Positions 35,117 to 43,329 of a stretch of DNA of 64,000 nucleotides are shown piece by piece. The stretch covers positions 1,283 to 65,282 of IMG/VR virus record IMGVR_UViG_3300035696_002894. One strand, given 5' to 3'. Numbering within the stretch: the stretch's first letter is position 1; each line of letters begins with the position of its first letter. A model generated the notes under the pieces. It was not told the origin of the DNA, ran no database searches, and saw only the letters and a list, made by a program, of their open reading frames with translations. This DNA is from a virus. Its lineage: Duplodnaviria > Caudoviricetes. The translations under genes were made by a program, and so were the position numbers.

Positions 35117-37415
35117 CTCTTGTCACTTGCGAACTTGCCGTAACAGATCCGGCCCGATCCTTGCTCTCTCTCTCTCTCCTGAGCATGCGCTTGTCGAGCA
35201 AGCCGCTGAACACTCCGCCCTTCTGAATCCTCTTCTTCGCGATCTCGATGTACTCGGCTTCCCCTTCGATCCCCATGACCTCATCCCAGCCGGCCTGCAA
35301 GCAACCGATCATCTCGGAACCCGCACCTGAAAAAGGAACGAGAATGCGCCTGGGCTGACCATCCTTGCGCGAAGGGGGGAGCAACATCGTCGCAAGCCAT
35401 CGCGTCAGCTCGATAGGCTTGAGCGTCGGATGCACGTTGGAGACAAGACCGGTTCTTCCAGCGCCAGCGCGCGGTAAGCTAGCCCCTTTACTACCTGGCG
35501 GACATAGTTGATTCACAACTCCAGCCCGTTTCCCATCGCGCAAGGCGCCGACGCCTTGCGCCTTCCCCGGCAACTCATGACACCCCGATTCGCGCTCTGC
35601 ACGCGATACCTTCGTCGTGTAGAAGAAGCGCGAACTTCCAGAATGCTCCGCGTCGAGCATGGCTGCCGCCTCTTCATCGAACATGACGTTCGCAGGCCAG
35701 CGACCCACTGCACTCCGTCCTTCACTCTCACCATTCGCAATCGACGACCACATTCCAGAATGCGTCGGCGACGCATTCCACCGTTCTTCATCTCCAACCC
35801 TGCACGCATCGATCGCCAGCGCACCCGTACCCCAGCGCTGCACGTTGTCCGCGAACGTCCCGTCGAGCGGCTTCATCGCGAGCAACACAGGCTCGTATGC
35901 GGGCTTCAAAGCCGTCCCATAACCAGAGCACTGCTGAGGCTCAGCAGTGATCGCTTCACCCTTCACGCTTCTCTCGAAGTTCGGACCGCCCATCCCCACG
36001 TTCTCACTCTTCTGCTTACCAGCACGACCTCGCCAGTGACCCTTCTGCTTGTCGAGCGCCTTCGCAATATCGCTGCTCTTCGGAAAGCCCGAATTACCAG
36101 TCACGAACGCCTTACCGTTCCGACGCGCAACAAACGCCCCGGTCGGAACATTCACGCACCAAACGACACCTTCAAGATAGAAGGGCTCGAACCTCGCCAA
36201 ATCGGCTCGGGTGAACCGCGATGCTCGAATAACTTGTGATCGCGGTTCGTGGCAAAAAGCATCAAATTCCCCAAGCGATTGTCCGCCGGATCGCGATTGC
36301 CATGATGAACGATCTCCACACGCATCAAGCAACGCCCTATCGCCATAGCCACGAACAGTCGATGCTCCATCACATAACCATCCTTCCGAGCCATCGACAG
36401 AAACTCCTTCGGGCATCGCACATACCGCACACCCGCATAGTTTCCGTGCTTGCGGAAGATCGTCACTCCTCCCTTCCATGCAGGATTGCTCGCGCCCGAC
36501 ATGCGCACACTGAACCGCGCTTTCGCTTCCAGCGACCACGCAGCACGCCCCTTGTGAGAGTGCTTCATCAATTCTCGTGCTCGAAGCACTCCTCGACAGT
36601 GCTTCGAGCACGTCACCCCCTTGCGAATTGCACGCATCTGCGAACGAAAACGCCACACCTTCTTCTTGCACACTGTGCACAGCACATTGACTAACCCCGC
36701 ACGCTGCTCCTTCGGCTTGCCGGTGCCCATTCGATTGCGACTCTGCACATCGCCAAGACACCCCTTCCCGCAATTCTCCTTGCGGTTCACCTGAGCGATC
36801 GTGTGACACGGGAAGAGCTTCGAGCAATTCCTGCACACCTTCCAGAACGGGTACACATGCTCCCGCGCCGACCTCGTATGCCTGCTCGAATACGTACGCT
36901 CCGCCTTGTTCAACAAGACAACGATGCGTGCGGGTAACAATTTGGTCTGTAAAATCCGATCGAATTCGATAAGCGGTATCCGCGTAGGGATAAACGAAGA
37001 GCTGACGGATCGGTAACCATTCAAAGCTGTCACGCTCAACGTCGTAGCACATCGCGAGACGCCCTTCCGTAGCTTCAAGGTAAGGCACCCATCCCCCATC
37101 GACGAGGATCTCGGTGTCCTCGCTCAAGCACCCGTGCAGATACATCAGCAGATCGGTCGGCAAGAACCCTGCATCCTCAACATTCACGACAAGACGATGA
37201 AATGTCCTGGGACCACCGAACAACAAGATGTGCGTCCCGGGCTTGCAGACCCGTAGCAACTCACTCCACACGTTCGCGCTCGGCATCTCGTAATCCCAAC
37301 GCGCACCCATGAACTTATACGCGTAGGGTGGATCGCTCAGCACCGCGTCGAAGTGATCATCAGGGAACGTCTTGAGCGTCTTGCGCACGTCCCCGTGCTC
37401 AATCCTCCAGGTCAT
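35112..37415 (-). CDS. DNA methyltransferase (N6-A/N4-C, beta class) containing an intein
   Basis: SDPPY; spliced junction YLHG|SGFPKS; HPTLKP; LVPFSGAGS. Confidence 0.9.
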   Translation of the reverse strand: MTWRIEHGDVRKTLKTFPDDHFDAVLSDPPYAYKFMGARWDYEMPSANVWSELLRVCKPGTHILLFGGPRTFHRLVVNVEDAGFLPTDLLMYLHGCLSEDTEILVDGGWVPYLEATEGRLAMCYDVERDSFEWLPIRQLFVYPYADTAYRIRSDFTDQIVTRTHRCLVEQGGAYVFEQAYEVGAGACVPVLEGVQELLEALPVSHDRSGEPQGELREGVSWRCAESQSNGHRQAEGAACGVSQCAVHSVQEEGVAFSFADACNSQGGDVLEALSRSASSTRIDEALSQGACCVVAGSESAVQCAHVGREQSCMEGRSDDLPQARKLCGCAVCAMPEGVSVDGSEGWLCDGASTVRGYGDRALLDACGDRSSWQSRSGGQSLGEFDAFCHEPRSQVIRASRFTRADLARFEPFYLEGVVWCVNVPTGAFVARRNGKAFVTGNSGFPKSSDIAKALDKQKGHWRGRAGKQKSENVGMGGPNFERSVKGEAITAEPQQCSGYGTALKPAYEPVLLAMKPLDGTFADNVQRWGTGALAIDACRVGDEERWNASPTHSGMWSSIANGESEGRSAVGRWPANVMFDEEAAAMLDAEHSGSSRFFYTTKVSRAERESGCHELPGKAQGVGALRDGKRAGVVNQLCPPGSKGASLPRAGAGRTGLVSNVHPTLKPIELTRWLATMLLPPSRKDGQPRRILVPFSGAGSEMIGCLQAGWDEVMGIEGEAEYIEIAKKRIQKGGVFSGLLDKRMLRRERESKDRAGSVTASSQVTRA
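36093..37130 (-). mobile_element. intein in methyltransferase (346 aa)
   Basis: Starts CLSEDTEILVDGGW, block B IVTRTHR, ends VWCVNVPTGAFVARRNGKAFVTGN|S. Confidence 0.9.
36152..36856 (-). CDS. HNH endonuclease with Zn-finger repeats, in an alternate frame inside the intein
   Basis: CRNC...C..C, CTVC...CSKHC, NPAWKGG, GYVMEHRL...IVHHGNRDPADNRLGNLML; likely GTG start at 36856 (frame open from 37099). Confidence 0.85.
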   Translation of the reverse strand: MYPFWKVCRNCSKLFPCHTIAQVNRKENCGKGCLGDVQSRNRMGTGKPKEQRAGLVNVLCTVCKKKVWRFRSQMRAIRKGVTCSKHCRGVLRARELMKHSHKGRAAWSLEAKARFSVRMSGASNPAWKGGVTIFRKHGNYAGVRYVRCPKEFLSMARKDGYVMEHRLFVAMAIGRCLMRVEIVHHGNRDPADNRLGNLMLFATNRDHKLFEHRGSPEPIWRGSSPSILKVSFGA

Positions 37416-37425
37416 GAGGTCGCTC

Positions 37426-38091
37426 TCAAGCCGCGCGCTTCTTCGAAGGCTTCTTCTTGCTCAGCCCCAACGCGACCGCAACAAGCTGCCCCGTCATCTG
37501 CTTCGTCGTCTTCGCGTTCGCGCTCAAGAGCTTCTTCACCTTGTCCCTGAGCGCAACCGTCTCGAACGCAATACTGAGCATGATGCTCTTGCCGAAACTG
37601 CCCGGCTCTTCTCCGCCATCCGGGAGCGACAGCGGTACACGCTCCGGCTCCACAAGGCGGATGAACTTCTCCGCCTCCTGCGCCGCAAAGCCAAGCAACG
37701 AGAACTCGTCGGTCGGTAGCGGCATCTTCTCGTCGTCGTAGATGTCGACAAGAAGCTCGCCGAGCAGCCTCGCTTCGAACTCCCCCTGCACCTTGTTCAG
37801 CTTGATGTTGATCTTGCGCGCCGTCTTGTCGTCGACGTCGAGCACCGTGCACGGCAAGTCGGGCACCGGCTTCGCAGCCTCGACACAAAGCTCCTTGCAC
37901 GCACGCAAACGCTGATGCCCACCGATGATCTTGAGCCCCTTCTTCTGCACCACGAGCGGCTCAAGGAAGCCGTGCTCCCGAATGCTTTCCTTCAGCGCTT
38001 CGAACTTCTCAGGGCTGATCGCACGCGGATTGTATGCGCTCGGATTCAGCTCCGCTGCGCGCAGCATGACGCTCTCGTGAACCTTGAACAT
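37426..38091 (-). CDS. ParB/Srx N-terminal domain protein
   Basis: YNPRAIS...LKESIREHGFLEPLVV...IIGGHQRL. Confidence 0.75.
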   Translation of the reverse strand: MFKVHESVMLRAAELNPSAYNPRAISPEKFEALKESIREHGFLEPLVVQKKGLKIIGGHQRLRACKELCVEAAKPVPDLPCTVLDVDDKTARKINIKLNKVQGEFEARLLGELLVDIYDDEKMPLPTDEFSLLGFAAQEAEKFIRLVEPERVPLSLPDGGEEPGSFGKSIMLSIAFETVALRDKVKKLLSANAKTTKQMTGQLVAVALGLSKKKPSKKRAA

Positions 38092-38215
38092 AGCTCTTGT
38101 ATCTCCTTCTCCGAAGATGCAGATTACGCCGTGTTCGAGGGACAAAGCACGTTTTGAGGGTGCTCGAGAGGTTGTCATACCCGAGCAAGACAGCACGGCG
38201 CCGATCGATCGTACG

Positions 38216-38815
38216 TCAGCCAGAGGCGAGACAGGGCAAGCCGAGTGTGTGTCGTGCGGCATTGCAGACGATGAACGCGTCTCTCGTGTCTTCGTCTGGA
38301 AAGGGTGCGCCCAGTTTCTCGAACTCGCTCTTGATGAGCGCCTTGGTTTCCTTCCGGCTCATTCTCGGGAGCTTTCCGAAGAGGAGTTTACGCGCGGATG
38401 AGGCGACGATGGGAACGGTTTCGATCTTCAGCGACGTATGGAGTGTTTCCTTGATCGCACCGACGAGTTCGGCGACGTGGGTGATGGCGTTTGGGGCGAA
38501 GCTAAAGGCGTACTGCTCGACGAAGGCTTTGGTGACGCCTTCCCTGACGGCAAGTTTCCACACGGCATGAACGATGGCGGAGGTTCTCTCTTGTCCTCTC
38601 AGCGCGCCTTGTTCTCCGAAGCGCTGGAAGGAGATGGCTGTCCACGGTGCAGATGGGTTCCAGCCTTTCGGGAGCACGACTGCGGCGGAGCCTGTGAGCG
38701 AGAGGTCGAGCCCGAGAACGGCGTGGTCTGTTGGGGTTCGGTCCTGGGCGTCTTGGAAAGCAGGTGTGGCTCTGGGAAAGAGCACCTGGTGCATGGGTAG
38801 GGTGTGTCTGGGCAT
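38216..38815 (-). CDS. ruvC: RuvC-like Holliday junction resolvase
   Basis: VLGLDLSLTGSA, FVEQY, DTRDAF acidic catalytic pattern. Confidence 0.75.
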   Translation of the reverse strand: MPRHTLPMHQVLFPRATPAFQDAQDRTPTDHAVLGLDLSLTGSAAVVLPKGWNPSAPWTAISFQRFGEQGALRGQERTSAIVHAVWKLAVREGVTKAFVEQYAFSFAPNAITHVAELVGAIKETLHTSLKIETVPIVASSARKLLFGKLPRMSRKETKALIKSEFEKLGAPFPDEDTRDAFIVCNAARHTLGLPCLASG

Positions 38816-38826
38816 CTACGTGCGAA

Positions 38827-38846
38827 CCTTGAGGTCGACCTCGAGG
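38827..38846. repeat. palindrome variant (one mismatch)
   Basis: Abuts the sbcC stop codon. Confidence 0.95.
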
Positions 38847-40784
38847 TCAGACGGCAACCGCGACGGTTGCCCAGCGGCCGTCGCTTCTGATCTCAATCGC
38901 ACCTGGCAGAGACGCGACGCTCGCCGGGTCGTGCGAGACCACTAGCGCTTGCTGCACATGCGCAGCGGCGAGAAGGGCAGGCACGTGTTGCGCGAACGCT
39001 CTGCGATGAGATTTGTCGAGCTGCGCGGTCGGCTCGTCAAGCACGACGAGGCTCCAGGGCGAGCCCCTGTCGATTCGCAGGTGCTGCCCTGCTGCGAGGC
39101 TAAGCGCGAGCCCTGCGAGGTCCTCGGCAGCGCCGGAGCGTGCCGATAGATCGACATCGAGCCTCTGCACCCGCTTCGGTCCTCTCTCTGCGCCGCAGGA
39201 GCCGCAGCGCTTCACCTTCGCGGAGGATGGGTACGCAGCACCGCACACATCACAATCGTCGGCGAGCCCTTTGCATTCTCGCTCCCAGACGATATCGAGC
39301 GAGAGATCGGCACCAATGGCTGAAAGCATCCCATTCGCCCTGGCACCGATAGCTGTAAGTACTCCCTCCGCGAGCCGTCTCTGCGCGCCAGAGCGGCCCA
39401 GGATGGCTCGTGCTTCTCGGCAAACCTCGAGCTCGTCGATCACAGCGCGCGTTTGCTTCTCCAGCCTGGCGATCTCTGCCTCCGCGCCCTCTGCCTCTGC
39501 AATCTTCGCTTTGAGCGCGAGAAGCGCTGTAGAGAATGCATCTCTGCGCGCCTGCAGCTCCTCCGGCGGTCCGACGTACACCCGCTGCCCAGCGTCCGCA
39601 TCTAGCCGCCGCAGCTGATCCCGAAGCAGCGTTAGCCTGGTCGCGCGCACATCACGCGCGAGCACCCTATCGTTCGCCTCCCTCTGCGTACGCCAGGTCC
39701 CCTGAGCGTGCTCTTGTGCCGCCAAGAGCGCCTTCTGCGCATCTTTCGCCTCTCTCGTGGCGCTCTCTCCACTCCTGTTGATCTCGTCGGATACGGGGCA
39801 TCCTCGGCCTGAGACGGGGCACTGCCCGCCGAACGTCCCCTTCGCGACGGTCGCGCGCTGCCTGAAGACCTCCTGGCGCTCAACCACAATAGCGCGCGCC
39901 TCCTCATCTCTCGCGAGTGCCTCGTGCAGCACCTTGACGAGCGCCTCGCCGTCCTCCGCTTTGTGCTCCCGGAGCAATGCAACGCCTTCCGCGCGCACCC
40001 TGGCACGCTCCGCTGCGAGCCGCTCGCCTGCATCCCACTCCCGGGCGAGCTTCAACGCACCGTCCGCATCCGCGAGTTCACGCTCGAGCGAGGGTACGCG
40101 CTCTCGGAGCTGCACGAGCATCACAACCTCGTCTGCAGACCCATCGGTCAGCGCTCTTGCGAGTCTCTGCCTCGCCGCCTCTTCTTTTCCACGCAACCTC
40201 TCGAGGTCGCGCGCGAGCCCATCTGCCTTTCCCCCGACCGACTTCGCACATGCCGCGAGCGGCTCGAGCCTTAGCCAACGCGCTACCGTCGCCGTCCTCG
40301 TCGCCGGGTCCGCCCTGATCATGCTCGAAATCGCCCCCTGGGCGAAGAAGCTCGTCGTGCCGAAGTCTTCAGCACCGAGACCTAGGATCTGCTCGACCCG
40401 CCGCTGCGCGACGTCGCCCGCGAACAGCTTCTCATCCTTCGACGCGTCACCACCCGCGGTGCTTCCCCCCGGCTGCCTTACCTCGAGCTTCGTGCCCCCA
40501 GACGCTGCGCGCCAGCGACGAACCACGATGCCGTTGCTCAAGACGAGCGTAACCCCTCCCGACTTCTCACCTTCCGATACCCAGCCTTCCTCGAACCTGT
40601 GCCTGTGCGTTCCGTAGAACGCAAACCGGATCGCCTCGAGCAGCGCGCTCTTGCCGCTCCAGTTCGACGAGTCTGGGTTCCGATCGCGCTGCGCCGTCAC
40701 CGCGTACGCGATCGGCTCGAGCCGCAGCACGTGCTCCCCCCTGTACGGCATCCAATTCTCGAGAGTCAGCTCCGCGACGTGCAT
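38847..40784 (-). CDS. sbcC: SbcC/Rad50-like SMC ATPase
   Basis: Walker A NWSGKS, coiled coils, CPVS hook, Walker B LVVLDEP, VVSH. Confidence 0.85.
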   Translation of the reverse strand: MHVAELTLENWMPYRGEHVLRLEPIAYAVTAQRDRNPDSSNWSGKSALLEAIRFAFYGTHRHRFEEGWVSEGEKSGGVTLVLSNGIVVRRWRAASGGTKLEVRQPGGSTAGGDASKDEKLFAGDVAQRRVEQILGLGAEDFGTTSFFAQGAISSMIRADPATRTATVARWLRLEPLAACAKSVGGKADGLARDLERLRGKEEAARQRLARALTDGSADEVVMLVQLRERVPSLERELADADGALKLAREWDAGERLAAERARVRAEGVALLREHKAEDGEALVKVLHEALARDEEARAIVVERQEVFRQRATVAKGTFGGQCPVSGRGCPVSDEINRSGESATREAKDAQKALLAAQEHAQGTWRTQREANDRVLARDVRATRLTLLRDQLRRLDADAGQRVYVGPPEELQARRDAFSTALLALKAKIAEAEGAEAEIARLEKQTRAVIDELEVCREARAILGRSGAQRRLAEGVLTAIGARANGMLSAIGADLSLDIVWERECKGLADDCDVCGAAYPSSAKVKRCGSCGAERGPKRVQRLDVDLSARSGAAEDLAGLALSLAAGQHLRIDRGSPWSLVVLDEPTAQLDKSHRRAFAQHVPALLAAAHVQQALVVSHDPASVASLPGAIEIRSDGRWATVAVAV

Positions 40785-41162
40785 CTACAGCCCCGCTCCT
40801 TTCAGCATCTCCTCGACGAGCGCTACGAGCTTCTCTTTCTGACGTGAGCGGCTCTCGGCGAGCATCTCCTCGACGACGCGCCGCGCCGACAAATGCGGGC
40901 GCGCCTCTGCCTTCTCGGCGAACTCCTCACCGCTCAAGATCGCGTCCCTGCGAGTCCTCTCGACCTTCACCGCGACCGCTCCGCAATCAAGCGCCTGCGC
41001 GCGCATCCTCACCACATCCTCGTCGGGACAGTTGAGCGGCGGATCGAGCCGCACAAAGAGCCCGGTCACATCGCCCATCGCAGCCGGCTCTTTCCAGCAA
41101 GCGTCGTCGGGACCAAACGTCTTCATCACTGCCGCGTCTACCGGCACGCTCTCGATCTTCAT
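40785..41162 (-). CDS. hypothetical protein, possibly the detached C-terminal (capping) domain of SbcD
   Basis: Lies between sbcD and sbcC; starts KIESVPVD; contains LFVRL. Confidence 0.45.
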   Translation of the reverse strand: MKIESVPVDAAVMKTFGPDDACWKEPAAMGDVTGLFVRLDPPLNCPDEDVVRMRAQALDCGAVAVKVERTRRDAILSGEEFAEKAEARPHLSARRVVEEMLAESRSRQKEKLVALVEEMLKGAGL

Positions 41163-41178
41163 GCTCCCGATGATGCCG

Positions 41179-41198
41179 CCTTGAGGTCGACCTCAAGG
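41179..41198. repeat. 20-bp palindrome, perfect
   Basis: 3 nt from CATCAT. Confidence 0.97.
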
Positions 41199-41202
41199 CC
41201 GC

Positions 41203-41925
41203 TCACGCAAGCTCGATGACGAGGAATTGAGGCGTATTCGATTCTTCGCCGAAGGTCAGCCGCGCGAGACTGCCAACGACCTGGATGCCATCCTCCGTCG
41301 TCTGGCGTCGATGATAGTGCCCAGAGACCACGAGCAACGGTCGCGCCGCACGCATCTCCTCAAGCGGAAAGTTCCTATCCTTCCCCCGCGCCATCTCGCT
41401 CGACTCAGAGCCGAGGTGCATCCCTGGCAACATCAAGTGCGAGAAAACGACGAACCGCTGCCCGCTCTTCACAGCATCATCTGCCGCCGCACGCATCGCA
41501 GCACTCGCATCGTACGGCATCGGTGAATACGGGAGCAGGAGAAACATGAACTCCCCTCGCGATCCCAACGTCGAAATGTGCAAACCCGTCGAGACGACCA
41601 CGATGTTGTCATCACAGAGATACCGAAGCGGCTCGAGCGTCGTCGTCTCACCATCCTTCACAGAGTCGTGGTTTCCAGCGATCCAGATCGACGGGATGCG
41701 CACCGACGAAAGTCGTCTAGCGATGCCGACAGCGTAGGCGGACGCTCGAAGAACATCACGCCCATCTTCCGGATCGCAAAGATCGCCGCAGAACACGAAT
41801 AGGTCCGCCGACGCCTTGATCGCGTAGTCGACCACCTGCTCGCAGCTCTCCCGGATCTCGTCAAACCGCTCCACCCCCGCCGTTCGAGCGTCGAGATGCC
41901 AGTCACTGCTGCACACGATCTTCAT
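41203..41925 (-). CDS. sbcD: SbcD/Mre11-like metallophosphoesterase nuclease
   Basis: SDWH, GDLCD, GNHD, SH, GHYH motifs. Confidence 0.85.
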   Translation of the reverse strand: MKIVCSSDWHLDARTAGVERFDEIRESCEQVVDYAIKASADLFVFCGDLCDPEDGRDVLRASAYAVGIARRLSSVRIPSIWIAGNHDSVKDGETTTLEPLRYLCDDNIVVVSTGLHISTLGSRGEFMFLLLPYSPMPYDASAAMRAAADDAVKSGQRFVVFSHLMLPGMHLGSESSEMARGKDRNFPLEEMRAARPLLVVSGHYHRRQTTEDGIQVVGSLARLTFGEESNTPQFLVIELA

Positions 41926-42146
41926 CCCAAGCTCCTCGCTGTGATCGCATCTGCAATCTCATTCTCGAAGTTCTCAACAAGCTCCATAAACGCTTCCGGA
42001 TCACGTGCGCGCAACTGCTCGAGCTGCACCTGCACGAGCGCTGTCTTCGGCGCTGCCCCGACTCGCACGAGCTGCTGCCAACGCCTGCGCTCCAGACGCG
42101 ATAGCTGCCAACCTTTGCCCACCAGTGCTGCAGGAATCCTATCCAT
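41922..42146 (-). CDS. hypothetical protein
   Basis: Overlap-coupled between recA and sbcD. Confidence 0.4.
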   Translation of the reverse strand: MDRIPAALVGKGWQLSRLERRRWQQLVRVGAAPKTALVQVQLEQLRARDPEAFMELVENFENEIADAITARSLG

Positions 42147-43326
42147 CGCGCACCTCTCCCGTCACCGGATCGTGAACACTCTCGACCGCAGTCTCCTTGA
42201 ACTTCGCCCGCACACGTCGATCAAGCTCGTCACGTAGCGCGGCATCGGCAGCAAGCCGCTTCACAGCCTGGCTCCTGCCCTGCCAGCGCTTGTTGCCAAA
42301 GGTGAACCATGTTCCCGACTGTCGCACGACGCCGAGCACAATCCCGAGCTCAAAGATGTCGCGCGCCAGATCAAAGCCTTCAGGTGTCAGCTTCCCGTTG
42401 CTCGTCCAAAAACTGAAAACCTCTTCCTTGTCGTCCTTGCCTGCGACCTTGCTCTTGTAGATCGCAACATCGTGCCTCTCGCCGACGACCTCTGCATCTG
42501 GTCCCGTTCCGGTTCTCTCCCAATCGCGCTCAACCCTCATCATCAGGCTCCCCTCGAAGAGCACAGCTCGCCCCCCGGTCAGCTTCCAATCCGGCACGCC
42601 CTGCGCCTTGTCCCTGTTCTCGCTCTCTCTAGCGATGATGAGCATTCCTGCACCGCTCTCGTGCAAGAGCCCAGTCAACTCGTCGAACCAGTCGGCGTTC
42701 ATCTTCGCCTTGATCGCCGCACCCATGCCGTTCATGCCGTCGATCGAGCCCTTCTGTCCCTGCGCTCCGTACTTCGCGATCTTCGCAAGAAAATTCTCAG
42801 GCACGAGCTTGCGCAGGCTATCGATCACGAAGAGCGCGCTCGTGTCCTTCGGCAGCTCTCCCGTCTTCTTCGCCGCGATGAGCGCCTTGCATCCCTGCCT
42901 CACAGCGTCGGCCGTCTCCTCGTAGCTGTTCGGCCGAAGCGCGAGATAGCACGGGTTACGCACGTGCTCGGCGAACAGGTCTTCAACCCACGTGATGGGC
43001 GTCGTCTTCTCAGCATCGACATGGAAGAAGAAATGACGGCGCATGAGGAACGACAAGCCGAACCCAAGTGCGAGCGCCGTCTTCCCCTCCGCACTCGGCC
43101 CATGCACGACGCTGATGCGCTCAACCGGAAACCCACCCACACGCGTCGAGTAATCGAACCATGGAAAGATCGTCGGCACAGCAAGAACGGAGCGGAGCAC
43201 CTGACGCGGAGGTCTCCAAAGCTGCATACGGCCCGCGACGCGCGCAAGCGCGTCGCGCACCTTGTCCTTCGGCGGGTCTGGCAACTCCACCAAAGACTCT
43301 GCGCTCGGTATCGGCTTACGTCCCAT
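42139..43326 (-). CDS. recA: RecA/UvsX-like recombinase
   Basis: GGFPVERISVVHGPSAEGKT, FVIDSL, GGRAVLF, KSKVA. Confidence 0.85.
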   Translation of the reverse strand: MGRKPIPSAESLVELPDPPKDKVRDALARVAGRMQLWRPPRQVLRSVLAVPTIFPWFDYSTRVGGFPVERISVVHGPSAEGKTALALGFGLSFLMRRHFFFHVDAEKTTPITWVEDLFAEHVRNPCYLALRPNSYEETADAVRQGCKALIAAKKTGELPKDTSALFVIDSLRKLVPENFLAKIAKYGAQGQKGSIDGMNGMGAAIKAKMNADWFDELTGLLHESGAGMLIIARESENRDKAQGVPDWKLTGGRAVLFEGSLMMRVERDWERTGTGPDAEVVGERHDVAIYKSKVAGKDDKEEVFSFWTSNGKLTPEGFDLARDIFELGIVLGVVRQSGTWFTFGNKRWQGRSQAVKRLAADAALRDELDRRVRAKFKETAVESVHDPVTGEVRDG

Positions 43327-43329
43327 GGC

